64,000 nt of DNA, from the NCBI RefSeq assembly GCF_006345805.1, contig NW_021835963.1, forward strand, positions 1-64,000, in the 5' to 3' direction. Under the pieces are notes generated by a model. That model saw only the letters and a list, made by a program, of their open reading frames with translations. It was not told the DNA's origin and made no database searches. Shown piece by piece: positions 63,547-64,000 of the stretch. Made by a program: the position numbers and the translations under genes. The stretch is from Octopus sinensis (taxonomy: Eukaryota). The first letter of the stretch is position 1. The number at the start of each line of letters is the position of its first letter.

Positions 63547-64000
63547 GGTGCGAGAAGATGGTTAAGCAATAGTTATTCTAGATAAGATATGAAATAGAGA
63601 GTGAAATGAAGGAATGAAAACAGATGTGAGATATGTAAGGATATTGTATCTGCAGTTCCATTATTTAAGCAGAATTGTATACATAAAAGTTTCCTGTACC
63701 TTGTGTCTAAGTTCCAATAGTATTTAAAATTGGTCATTCCAAGCACAGAGTTTGTAGACCGTGTAATTGGATCGAGGGGTTTTTTGAAGTGACTTAAAAG
63801 TTGGGAATGTGTTTGTAAGGTCAAATCAACAACAGGAAGAGAGGAAAAAAGAGAGAAAAAGGAAGAGCGAGGAGAGAAGTAATAAAGAAATGAAGAGAGG
63901 GAAAGTGTACTTGCTAATGGTCAGTCAGGATAAATTGATAGAAGGAATGAGGAGGTGAGGGTGAGAGAGAGAGAGAAAGATATGAGAGTGTAAAGAGATG

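Overview
AT-rich, intron- and microsatellite-rich eukaryotic DNA. The repeat families suggest an octopod cephalopod (my inference, not checked). I found one intact host gene: a minus-strand SLC22-family (organic cation/anion/carnitine transporter-like) MFS transporter. I assembled it by hand from 10 coding exons (57327 down to 31166; 1674 nt; 557 aa; all introns GT-AG; phases consistent). Most of the remainder is decayed mobile DNA: tRNA-derived SINEs (two as concatemers), Dong/R4-like LINEs at (AAT)n, a HERO/NeSL-like LINE with a nested solo LTR, Tx1, RTE and CRE-like remnants, Tc1/mariner and hAT/MITE remnants, Helitron-like elements and many Penelope-like element (PLE) fragments. The signal that the ORF track misses is RNA structure. 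About a dozen minimal type-I hammerhead ribozyme motifs from at least five PLE-derived sequence families are present. One has an intact core and lies in sense orientation in SLC22 intron 1 (50798-50845). Another intact one has an extended helix II (63006-63094). A ~910-bp nested fold-back carrying hammerhead motifs starts 23 nt after the SLC22 stop codon. PLE hammerheads are a known class; any effect on this host gene is hypothesis only. No CRISPR array, rRNA or true tRNA gene is supported.
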